Below are positions 50,161 to 58,052 of a stretch of DNA of 64,000 nt, piece by piece. Every line of letters begins with the position of its first letter. The stretch's first letter is position 1. The notes beneath the pieces are model-generated. The model had not been told where the DNA came from, did no database searches, and saw only the letters and a program-made list of their open reading frames with translations. A program made the position numbers and the translations under genes. The DNA is from Ignavibacteriales bacterium (lineage in GTDB: Bacteria > Bacillota_I > Bacilli_A > RF39 > UBA660): NCBI GenBank assembly GCA_050259235.1, contig JBLNAG010000004.1, positions 8,591 through 72,590 on the forward strand. Reading direction: 5' to 3'.

Positions 50161-51234
50161 ATGACTATCAATAAAAAAGATAAAATTATTATTGGTATTA
50201 CTATAGTTATTATTACTGTTTTATCAGTTATATTAATATTTAATGTTATCCATGTATTAAAGTATAGGGGAGGGAATCCCAAAGATATTATATATACTAC
50301 TAATATTAAAGATAGTAATAATTTTCAAGTTTTTTTGAAACCAAATTCATTCATTAACAACATAGAATCAAATAATGATTTATCTTATATTACTTCATTA
50401 ATAGAATATATAAGTACTAGTTTTAAATATGAATATCAAGGTAGTGAAAAGGTTAGGACAGACTATGATTATTATGTAAAAGCAAATATTATAAGTGAAT
50501 ATAGTGAAGAGACTAAGAGAGTAACTCTCTATCCTATATGGAATAAAGAATTTATTCTTATTGATCATAAAAAAGGATATTCTAATGATTCAAAATTTAC
50601 TATTTTTGAAGATATGAAAATAGGTTTAGATTACTATAATAATTTAGTGAATCAATTTAGAACTACTTTAAATGTTCCCATTGATTCAACTTTAGAAATA
50701 AAATTTATTATTAATACTACATCAAGATTAAAAGATGATTTTGAAATAAAAAAGGAACACTATATGCTTATGAGTATTCCTTTGGATGTAAAGGCTTTTG
50801 ATATAACAACATCGAAAAACTTTGTAGAGGAAGAAGTTACTTATAGTAAGGCACAACCAAAAACTGAAATTAGTTATTTAATAGCTATAATATATATAGT
50901 AATAATTATTATTGTTTGTTATATTGGAATATACATAATTAACTATATTTTAGATAGAAAAAAGAGTAAGTATATTCTTGAAAGAAATAAGATATTAAAA
51001 GATTATGAAAATAGAATTGTAACAGTTACTAATTTAATAAATTATTCTGAATTTGAAATATTTGATGTTTCTGAATTTGAAGAATTAATAGATTTTGCTA
51101 ATGAAGCTTATGAACCAATTATCTATTGGGAAAGAAAAGATAGAAGAAGTAGGGAAGCATGGTTTGTAATTATTAGGGATAAGATTTTATATCGTTATGT
51201 AATATATAGAAATGATAAAAAGCCAAATAAGTAA
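50161..51234 (+). CDS. bitopic membrane protein of unknown function (possibly DUF5305-like) downstream of sipW
   Basis: ATG follows AGGTGA. An N-terminal TM segment, a ~200-aa extracytoplasmic region, a second TM segment (ISYLIAIIYIVIIIIVCYIGIYII) and a ~95-aa tail. Confidence 0.45.
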   Translation: MTINKKDKIIIGITIVIITVLSVILIFNVIHVLKYRGGNPKDIIYTTNIKDSNNFQVFLKPNSFINNIESNNDLSYITSLIEYISTSFKYEYQGSEKVRTDYDYYVKANIISEYSEETKRVTLYPIWNKEFILIDHKKGYSNDSKFTIFEDMKIGLDYYNNLVNQFRTTLNVPIDSTLEIKFIINTTSRLKDDFEIKKEHYMLMSIPLDVKAFDITTSKNFVEEEVTYSKAQPKTEISYLIAIIYIVIIIIVCYIGIYIINYILDRKKSKYILERNKILKDYENRIVTVTNLINYSEFEIFDVSEFEELIDFANEAYEPIIYWERKDRRSREAWFVIIRDKILYRYVIYRNDKKPNK

Positions 51235-51314
51235 GGCTTTTTTATTATTTAGAATTGACTTATATAATAAAATATTATAAAATACTTATATGTCAGTGAC
51301 ATATAATATACTAT

Positions 51315-51388
51315 GGGGCCATAGCCAAGCGGTAAGGCAAGGGACTGCAACTCCCTGAGCGTTGGTTCAAATCCGACTGGCCCCTCCA
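51315..51388 (+). tRNA. tRNA-Cys (GCA)
   Basis: Acceptor stem GGGGCCA/TGGCCCC, anticodon loop CTGCAAC, T-arm GGTTCAAATCC and an encoded CCA. Confidence 0.9.
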
Positions 51389-51400
51389 ATATGAAAATCA

Positions 51401-51427
51401 ACTTACGAATAATTCGTAAGTTTTTTT
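51401..51427 (+). terminator. Rho-independent terminator after tRNA-Cys
   Basis: ACTTACGAAT-A-ATTCGTAAGT followed by TTTTTT. Confidence 0.75.
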
Positions 51428-51451
51428 ATTAAATTGTTTTTATAATGATGA

Positions 51452-51503
51452 AAGTTATAAAAATATTAGTGTTATAATATAAATGAATGATAAGTAGTGA
51501 TTT
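51452..51503 (+). repeat. 52-nt direct repeat copy 1 (contains extended -10 TGTTATAAT)
   Basis: AAGTTATAAAAATATTAGTGTTATAATATAAATGAATGATAAGTAGTGATTT is identical to 51923-51974. Confidence 0.9.
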
Positions 51504-51519
51504 GAAAGTAGGGTATATT

Positions 51520-51924
51520 ATGAAAAAAATATTTATATTAATGTGTACTTTTGTTATTGTTATATCTTTAACAGCTTGTAAAAGTGAAGATAAATTAGAA
51601 AGTAATTACGATAGTATTAGAGAGAAAATAGAAAGAAATATGGAAAAAATTCTGAGTGAATCTGATGGATTCAGTTCTATTCCTTCCACATATATTGAAA
51701 ATGAATATTATTCAAATATAGTTAAACTTGGAGATGAAGCAGTCCCAGTTTTAATAGATCTTTATAAAGAAGTTTACCATGCTAGTTTAATGGGATACAT
51801 ATCTGCGCTTGCAGTTCAAGATATTACTGACTGTGATTTAAAGGAAAAATATAATTTAAGTTGGTCCAATGCAAGTGAATTTTTTAAATTGTGGGAAGAT
51901 CATAATTGTTCGTTTAATAACTAA
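51520..51924 (+). CDS. lipoprotein of unknown function
   Basis: MKKIFILMCTFVIVISLTACKS contains a lipobox. The internal ATG is preferred to the 51487 track start. Confidence 0.55.
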   Translation: MKKIFILMCTFVIVISLTACKSEDKLESNYDSIREKIERNMEKILSESDGFSSIPSTYIENEYYSNIVKLGDEAVPVLIDLYKEVYHASLMGYISALAVQDITDCDLKEKYNLSWSNASEFFKLWEDHNCSFNN

Positions 51925-51974
51925 GTTATAAAAATATTAGTGTTATAATATAAATGAATGATAAGTAGTGATTT
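51923..51974 (+). repeat. 52-nt direct repeat copy 2 (promoter-like) upstream of the DUF3788-like gene
   Basis: Identical to 51452-51503. Confidence 0.9.
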
Positions 51975-51987
51975 ATAGGAGGAGAAT

Positions 51988-52449
51988 ATGAATAAGGCAC
52001 AACAATTATTGCGTGATGCTAATATAAGACCAACTGCTGAAATTATTGCAGATGGTCTAGGTAGAGCGAATAATACGTATATAAAATTCGTTGATGGACT
52101 AAAGAAAGATGATATTTTGCTTATGGATTGGCGATACTACAAAGATGGAAAAGCGTGGCTTTCAAAGGGTGAATATAAATGGACAACAGCACGAGGAACA
52201 AACAAAGTAAAACCTATATTTTGGCTGTCTATATGGGATGGTTTCTTTAAAATATCGTTTTTCTTTTCTACTGGTGTAAGAGATGAATTGCTAACTTTAC
52301 CGATTAGTCAAGAAGCAAAGAAGATAATAAAGAACGCAGTCCCAATGGGTAAAACAATGAGATTTATACCAATTGTTTTTGATGTTAATGCTGATAAACA
52401 ACTTGAAGATTTATTTGTATTGGCACAATTTCGAAAAGAGAATTTGTAA
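51988..52449 (+). CDS. DUF3788-like protein
   Basis: RBS AGGAGG. WRYYKDGKAWLSKG...IFWLSIWDGFFKISFFF resembles DUF3788. Confidence 0.5.
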   Translation: MNKAQQLLRDANIRPTAEIIADGLGRANNTYIKFVDGLKKDDILLMDWRYYKDGKAWLSKGEYKWTTARGTNKVKPIFWLSIWDGFFKISFFFSTGVRDELLTLPISQEAKKIIKNAVPMGKTMRFIPIVFDVNADKQLEDLFVLAQFRKENL

Positions 52450-52540
52450 TCTCACAAATTACAATTTACCCATTAGAGGAAATTGTAGATTATATACATT
52501 GTTTATGATATTATAATAACTAAATGAAGGAGGGTTTGTA

Positions 52541-52990
52541 ATGGAACTAAAACAATTTAAAGATTATACACCTAGTGAAAAAAAGGAAATATTATTACAT
52601 TGGTGGCATTATTTTGGTAAAGTAATTTATACATTTGAAGAAATGCAAAAATTTAGTGAAATGATAGATTCAAATAGTGATGAAGTTATGATGATGGCAG
52701 TGATAGGATATGTTAATAAGGTTACCAATCAACCTATTATTATGGCAATGCGAGAAAATAAATTAGATCAGTTAAGGGAATCACTACCAACGTTAGAAAA
52801 GCAGAATGATGAATTTAGAGCATCTTATTATCAAATAGAACAACGATTGATTGAACAATTGGTTAAAACTTATAATAATCCTGAACCAGCTGTTCCGATG
52901 GATATTGTAATAAGCGTATCAAATGGTGAAAAGGATGGAAATATTACAAAAATAAAGAAAAAACATAAAAAGCAAAATAAAGGTTTATAA
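52541..52990 (+). CDS. hypothetical protein
   Basis: RBS GAAGGAGGG; no motif recognised. Confidence 0.45.
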   Translation: MELKQFKDYTPSEKKEILLHWWHYFGKVIYTFEEMQKFSEMIDSNSDEVMMMAVIGYVNKVTNQPIIMAMRENKLDQLRESLPTLEKQNDEFRASYYQIEQRLIEQLVKTYNNPEPAVPMDIVISVSNGEKDGNITKIKKKHKKQNKGL

Positions 52991-53011
52991 GCACTTTTAT
53001 TTTCTTTCCAA

Positions 53012-53054
53012 TAAATAAAGAGAATTCTTTGATTAGAATTCTCTTTTATAATAT
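53012..53054. repeat. 43-nt hairpin repeat, left flank of the ars cassette
   Basis: TAAATAAAGAGAATTCT-TTGATT-AGAATTCTCTTTTATAATAT. Apart from the 6-nt loop it is identical to 55683-55725. Confidence 0.85.
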
Positions 53055-53093
53055 ATAAAATAAAAAATACATATCTTAATTTAAAAGAATTGA

Positions 53094-53140
53094 TTGACCT
53101 TTTTATTTAAGTTGCATATAATATAGATATAAGTCTATAT
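53094..53140 (+). promoter_or_regulatory. ars promoter with ArsR-type operator
   Basis: TTGACC (53094-53099), a 17-nt spacer and TATAAT (53117-53122). Inverted repeat ATATAGA-N6-TCTATAT at 53121-53140. Confidence 0.6.
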
Positions 53141-53168
53141 AGATAAATATCAATGTTAGGAGGATAGT

Positions 53169-53483
53169 ATGAAAAAGAATGTTGAAAAAGAAATAATGAT
53201 ATTTAAAGCATTATCAGATAATAATAGACTACAAATAATTGATATGTTATCATGTGGTGAGTTGTGTGCTTGTGAAATGTTGAAAAAACTTAATATAACA
53301 CAACCAACACTTTCACATCATATGAAGACTTTAATTGATTCTAATTTAGTGACAGCAAGAAAAGAAGCAAACTGGATGTATTATAAATTGAATAAAGATA
53401 TAATTGATGAATTGACAAGATATATAAAATACATCTCTAGTGACAAAGATGACTGTATTTGTAAAAAACAGTTAAATATATAG
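53169..53483 (+). CDS. arsR: ArsR/SmtB-family metalloregulator
   Basis: LSDNNRLQIIDML, the Cys cluster CGELCACE and the HTH LNITQPTLSHHMKTL. Confidence 0.85.
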   Translation: MKKNVEKEIMIFKALSDNNRLQIIDMLSCGELCACEMLKKLNITQPTLSHHMKTLIDSNLVTARKEANWMYYKLNKDIIDELTRYIKYISSDKDDCICKKQLNI

Positions 53484-53515
53484 ACTAATATTTTTTAAAT
53501 AAGGAGAGATTAAAT

Positions 53516-53887
53516 ATGAGAAAAATGAAAATATTTGAACCAGCTATGTGCTGTTCTACAGGTTTGTGTGGAGTAGGTGTTGACCCTGAATTAATAAGAA
53601 TATCGACTATAATAAATAATCTAAGTAAAATGGGGGTCATAGTAGAGAGATATAATTTATCTAGTTCACCTCAAGCATTCGTTAATAATAAGGCAGTAAA
53701 TGAATTTATAAACAAAAATGGAGTAGACAGACTTCCAATAATTGTGGTTGATGAAAAGATTGTTATTGAAGGAAGATATCCTTCTAATGAAGAAATATCA
53801 AATTTATTAGGAGTATCATTTAATGTGACTAGTTCAATATTGCCTGAAAAAAATAAAGGATGTTGTGGTGGCGGAGGCTGCTGTTAA
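53516..53887 (+). CDS. arsD: arsenical resistance operon metallochaperone/repressor ArsD
   Basis: IFEPAMCCSTGLCGVGVDPEL is the ArsD signature. C-terminal CCGGGGCC. Confidence 0.85.
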   Translation: MRKMKIFEPAMCCSTGLCGVGVDPELIRISTIINNLSKMGVIVERYNLSSSPQAFVNNKAVNEFINKNGVDRLPIIVVDEKIVIEGRYPSNEEISNLLGVSFNVTSSILPEKNKGCCGGGGCC

Positions 53888-55626
53888 TGAATAAATTATT
53901 TAATCCTAATAATATAAGGCTTACAAAATATATATTTTATACTGGTAAAGGTGGTGTAGGGAAAACTTCTACTGCCTGTGCAACTGCTGTAAGTCTTGCC
54001 GATAGTGGTAAAAAAGTTTTATTAATAAGCACTGACCCCGCCTCTAATTTACAAGATGTATTTGAAATGGGATTAAGCAATAAAAAAACTCAAATAAAGG
54101 GTGTACCCAATTTGACAGTTATTAATCTTGACCCTTTAAGGTCAGCAGAAGAATATAGAGAAAGTGTGATTGCACCATATAGAGGTAAATTACCTGAAGT
54201 AGTAATTAAAAATATGGAAGAGCAATTATCAGGCTCATGTACAGTAGAAATTGCTGCTTTCAATGAGTTTTCTAATTTTATTGCTGATGAGAATATAGAA
54301 AAAGAATATGATTATGTTATTTTTGATACAGCTCCAACTGGACACACCTTAAGAATGCTACAATTACCATCAGCGTGGAGTAATTTTATTAGTGAAAGCA
54401 CTCATGGAGCTTCTTGTCTTGGACAATTATCTGGACTAGAAGAAAGAAAAGAAATATATAAGAAAGCTGTAAATACATTAGCAGATAAAGAAAAGACAAC
54501 ATTGATTATTGTTTCAAAACCTGATTCAACTCCTCTCATTGAAGCAGAGAGAGCATCAAAAGAGCTTTCTGATTTAGGCATAAATAATCAAATTATGATT
54601 ATAAATGGAGTATTACAAGGATTTGATGACACTATTTCAGAAGGATTATATCGTAAACAACAGAAATCTCTTGCTAATATGCCTAGTGGACTAAAAAATA
54701 AGGAAATATATGAGGTTCCATTAAGAGCCTATAATATTACCGGAATAAATAATGTAAGAGCGTTTCTTACACACGACATATTAGATGGTAGTATTGAGAC
54801 ATTACAAGCTAAAAATATACTTGGCTTGCACGATGTAATAAATAATATATATAACTCTCATAAGAAGGTTATATTTACGATGGGTAAAGGTGGAGTAGGA
54901 AAGACTACTATAGCCTGTGCTATTGCTTTAGGATTAGCTAATAAAGGTCAGAAAGTACATCTTACTACAACTGATCCAGCTAATCATTTAAATTTGCTTA
55001 TGAAAAATTATAGTTTAATTACTATAAGTCATATTGATGAACAAGAAGAACTAAAAAAATATAAAGAAGAAGTTCTATCAAAAGCGAGAGAAACAATGTC
55101 ACCAGAGGATATAGCTTATGTAGAAGAAGATTTAAGATCACCATGTACACAAGAGATAGCTGTATTTAGAAGGTTTGCCGAACTTGTTGAGAAAGCTGAT
55201 GAAGAAATAGTAGTCATAGATACAGCGCCTACAGGGCATACTTTATTACTTCTTGATTCAACCCAAAGTTATCATAAAGAAATACAAAGATCTCATGGGG
55301 ATATACCAGAATCAGTAAAAAAACTGCTTCCACGATTAAGAAATGCAGATGAAACTGAAGTAATAATTGTAACATTAGCTGAGACAACTCCTGTCTTTGA
55401 AGCAATGAGACTTGAAGAAGACTTAAAAAGAGCAGGAATATTAAGCAAATGGTGGATTATCAATTCTTCGTTGTATAAAACAGGTACTACGAATAAGATA
55501 TTAAAAGCAAAGGCAAGTAATGAAATTGAATGGATAAATAAAGTAAATTTTCATTCGAAAGGAAATTTTGCAGTAATTAGTTGGAATTCAAAAGAAATAA
55601 GTGAAGATAATCTAATGGATTTGTAA
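53887..55626 (+). CDS. arsA: arsenite-activated ATPase ArsA (two-domain)
   Basis: Two halves, each with GKGGVGKT(S/T) and DTAPTGHTL. The ATG overlaps the arsD TAA (TAATG). The track start at 53860 was rejected. Confidence 0.9.
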   Translation: MNKLFNPNNIRLTKYIFYTGKGGVGKTSTACATAVSLADSGKKVLLISTDPASNLQDVFEMGLSNKKTQIKGVPNLTVINLDPLRSAEEYRESVIAPYRGKLPEVVIKNMEEQLSGSCTVEIAAFNEFSNFIADENIEKEYDYVIFDTAPTGHTLRMLQLPSAWSNFISESTHGASCLGQLSGLEERKEIYKKAVNTLADKEKTTLIIVSKPDSTPLIEAERASKELSDLGINNQIMIINGVLQGFDDTISEGLYRKQQKSLANMPSGLKNKEIYEVPLRAYNITGINNVRAFLTHDILDGSIETLQAKNILGLHDVINNIYNSHKKVIFTMGKGGVGKTTIACAIALGLANKGQKVHLTTTDPANHLNLLMKNYSLITISHIDEQEELKKYKEEVLSKARETMSPEDIAYVEEDLRSPCTQEIAVFRRFAELVEKADEEIVVIDTAPTGHTLLLLDSTQSYHKEIQRSHGDIPESVKKLLPRLRNADETEVIIVTLAETTPVFEAMRLEEDLKRAGILSKWWIINSSLYKTGTTNKILKAKASNEIEWINKVNFHSKGNFAVISWNSKEISEDNLMDL

Positions 55627-55682
55627 TATAAAAACTAAGCAAAATAAAAGTTTGGGAATTCCTTTTGTTTTCCCCTAATAAT

Positions 55683-55725
55683 TAAATAAAGAGAATTCTA
55701 ATTAAAGAATTCTCTTTTATAATAT
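55683..55725. repeat. 43-nt hairpin repeat, right flank of the ars cassette (also a bidirectional terminator)
   Basis: TAAATAAAGAGAATTCT-AATTAA-AGAATTCTCTTTTATAATAT. Confidence 0.85.
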
Positions 55726-55744
55726 TCAAATAAGTACTTTATAT

Positions 55745-56320
55745 TTAAGATTCTTTTTTCTTTTTCTTACTCTTTATTTCTTTAAAGATATTATTATCAT
55801 TTTTTGTTTGTATATTTGTATTAAAATCATCTATGTCAGACATTGCATTAATAAAGTTATCTTTAGTTAGAGGTGCCTTACTATCTTTTATTTTATAACC
55901 TAATTCACCACTAGGTTCAATAGTTGCGTATTCTATATCTCCAATTTTACTTATTCCTGCTTGGCGTAATTTAATTTCTAGAATATCTATAGACATTCGT
56001 AGTTTTGATAAATTTTTAATATTAATGTTACCATTTTCAATAACAATAATTGCTTTTCCAACAAATAATGATTCTATAAAATTAAACTTCATTTCAAGAT
56101 ATTCTGTAATTATCATTAAAATTACAAGGGTAAGAGCTACAACAGAAGTAGTTAAAATATCTTTACTATGTAATGGCTGAACTAATAATATATCCATTCC
56201 AATTAAAACTGTCATTTGAGTAGTAGTCATTTGTGCTATTGATCTTCGTCCACTTAATCTTAAAAGAAATTTTCCAATAATAAATATTAAAACAGTTTTC
56301 CATATATAATTTAAATCCAT
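55745..56320 (-). CDS. DUF421 (YetF-like) membrane protein
   Basis: ATG follows AGGTGA. N-terminal TM segments, then GKAIIVIENGNINIKNL...ILEIKLRQAGI...IEYATIEPSGELG are typical of DUF421. Confidence 0.7.
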   Translation of the reverse strand: MDLNYIWKTVLIFIIGKFLLRLSGRRSIAQMTTTQMTVLIGMDILLVQPLHSKDILTTSVVALTLVILMIITEYLEMKFNFIESLFVGKAIIVIENGNINIKNLSKLRMSIDILEIKLRQAGISKIGDIEYATIEPSGELGYKIKDSKAPLTKDNFINAMSDIDDFNTNIQTKNDNNIFKEIKSKKKKKES

Positions 56321-56342
56321 TATTATCACCTATAATATATGA

Positions 56343-57248
56343 TTATTCAGTCAATTTTGTATCGTCGTATAAGTTTTCACAACTGACATTAGTTGCTTCA
56401 TCTTGGAAGATTAATTCACGATTTTTATATAATGCTATAGTTAGTGTAGAAGTTAAGCTTTCTTCTATTTCACGGCGCATATTACCCCCTTTTGTAGGAG
56501 CAACAATTAATTGCCCAGGAGTATGATCAATAGTTATTTTAAGGGATATATCATTTTTTTTAATAACAACATCAACTGTATTGTTATTATTCAAGTATTT
56601 TGCATTAAATCCATTATAAGAGGCGAAACGAAATTCTTCTCCACCAATGTTTAAGATACAAAAGAAGGGTTCAAAACACATTACATTAGCTTTAGCAAAC
56701 ACAAGTGAAGCATTATAATTTTTAAAAGTATTAGTTTCAAACCATAACCATTTTTTTGGAAAACAAATACCATAATTTTTTTCCATATAACCACTACCAT
56801 TAATGGTGGTATCAATATTACTTGTTTTAATTGAACCTTCAATTTTTGAATTCATAAATATTACTTCATGATATGCAGGCAATGGTAAATATTTAAAAGG
56901 TCCCATTACAGATTTCATACAAAAAATTTCATTTAAATTTGTGGTTGGGGTAATCTTAAGATCTATTTCAAAATCATCAATTGATAGTTTGAGTTTGTGC
57001 ACGCTTAAAATATTATCTTTTATTCTGACAACATCTTTATTATAGTAAAAATCTTCTACATTGAATCTAAAATAACGAGACTTACTATCATCACTATCCA
57101 TTATTTGAATAAAAGAATGAGGATCACTTTCGTATAAAGATATACCAAAAATACATGCTAAAACATGGTTATCATTGACTACTTTTAAATACCATCCTTC
57201 AAAATAATTTTTTGTTTTGTTATGACCAGCATAATTAAAAAGATTCAT
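56343..57248 (-). CDS. tocopherol cyclase-like family protein
   Basis: The N-terminal NYFEGWYLKV resembles the FEGWYF(R/K) signature of the tocopherol cyclase family. ~300 aa and soluble. Confidence 0.45.
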   Translation of the reverse strand: MNLFNYAGHNKTKNYFEGWYLKVVNDNHVLACIFGISLYESDPHSFIQIMDSDDSKSRYFRFNVEDFYYNKDVVRIKDNILSVHKLKLSIDDFEIDLKITPTTNLNEIFCMKSVMGPFKYLPLPAYHEVIFMNSKIEGSIKTSNIDTTINGSGYMEKNYGICFPKKWLWFETNTFKNYNASLVFAKANVMCFEPFFCILNIGGEEFRFASYNGFNAKYLNNNNTVDVVIKKNDISLKITIDHTPGQLIVAPTKGGNMRREIEESLTSTLTIALYKNRELIFQDEATNVSCENLYDDTKLTE

Positions 57249-57338
57249 TTTATCACCTTGTTATATTATGTACATAATCATTAAAATTATTTCTTTTAGA
57301 TTATAGATAGTGATATAATTAATTAAGAGGTGAATAGA

Positions 57339-58052
57339 ATGCTAAAAATTGTTAATTTTTCTAAAACTTATGGCAATAGTTCTAAAAAAGCTGTTGATAA
57401 TCTAAGTCTTCATATAAAAAAGGGAGAAATATTTGGGTTTATTGGTCATAATGGTGCTGGTAAAACAACAACTATTAAAGCAATTGTAGGAATAACAGAT
57501 TTTGATGAAGGGGATATTTTAATTGATGGTTTATCAATTAAAGATCATGCTATTGAATGTAAAAGTAAGATAGCTTATATTCCAGATAATCCTGATATTT
57601 ATACATCCCTTACTGGTATTGGCTATCTAAATTTTATTGCGGATGTTTATGGAATTGATAAAAACGAAAGAGAAGAAACAATAAAAAAATATGCTACTTT
57701 ATTTGAAATTTTATCTAATTTAGGTGATTTAATTTCAACATATTCTCATGGTATGAAACAAAAACTTATTATTATTTCAGCTTTAATTCATAATCCAAAA
57801 TTATTAGTTATGGATGAACCATTTGTTGGACTTGATCCTAAAGCAGCTTTTGATTTAAAACAAGTTATGAAAAAATTATGTGATAATGGGGTATCTATTT
57901 TCTTTTCATCACATGTTCTTGAAGTTGTAGAAAAATTATGTGATAGAGTAGGTATCATTAAAGATGGTAAACTTGTTAAATGTGGTAAAGTTAGTGATAT
58001 TAAGGGTGATGAAAGTCTTGAATTTGTTTTCTTGGAGTTGAATGATAAATGA
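57339..58052 (+). CDS. ABC transporter ATP-binding protein
   Basis: GHNGAGKTT, YSHGMKQKL signature and LLVMDEP. Confidence 0.85.
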   Translation: MLKIVNFSKTYGNSSKKAVDNLSLHIKKGEIFGFIGHNGAGKTTTIKAIVGITDFDEGDILIDGLSIKDHAIECKSKIAYIPDNPDIYTSLTGIGYLNFIADVYGIDKNEREETIKKYATLFEILSNLGDLISTYSHGMKQKLIIISALIHNPKLLVMDEPFVGLDPKAAFDLKQVMKKLCDNGVSIFFSSHVLEVVEKLCDRVGIIKDGKLVKCGKVSDIKGDESLEFVFLELNDK

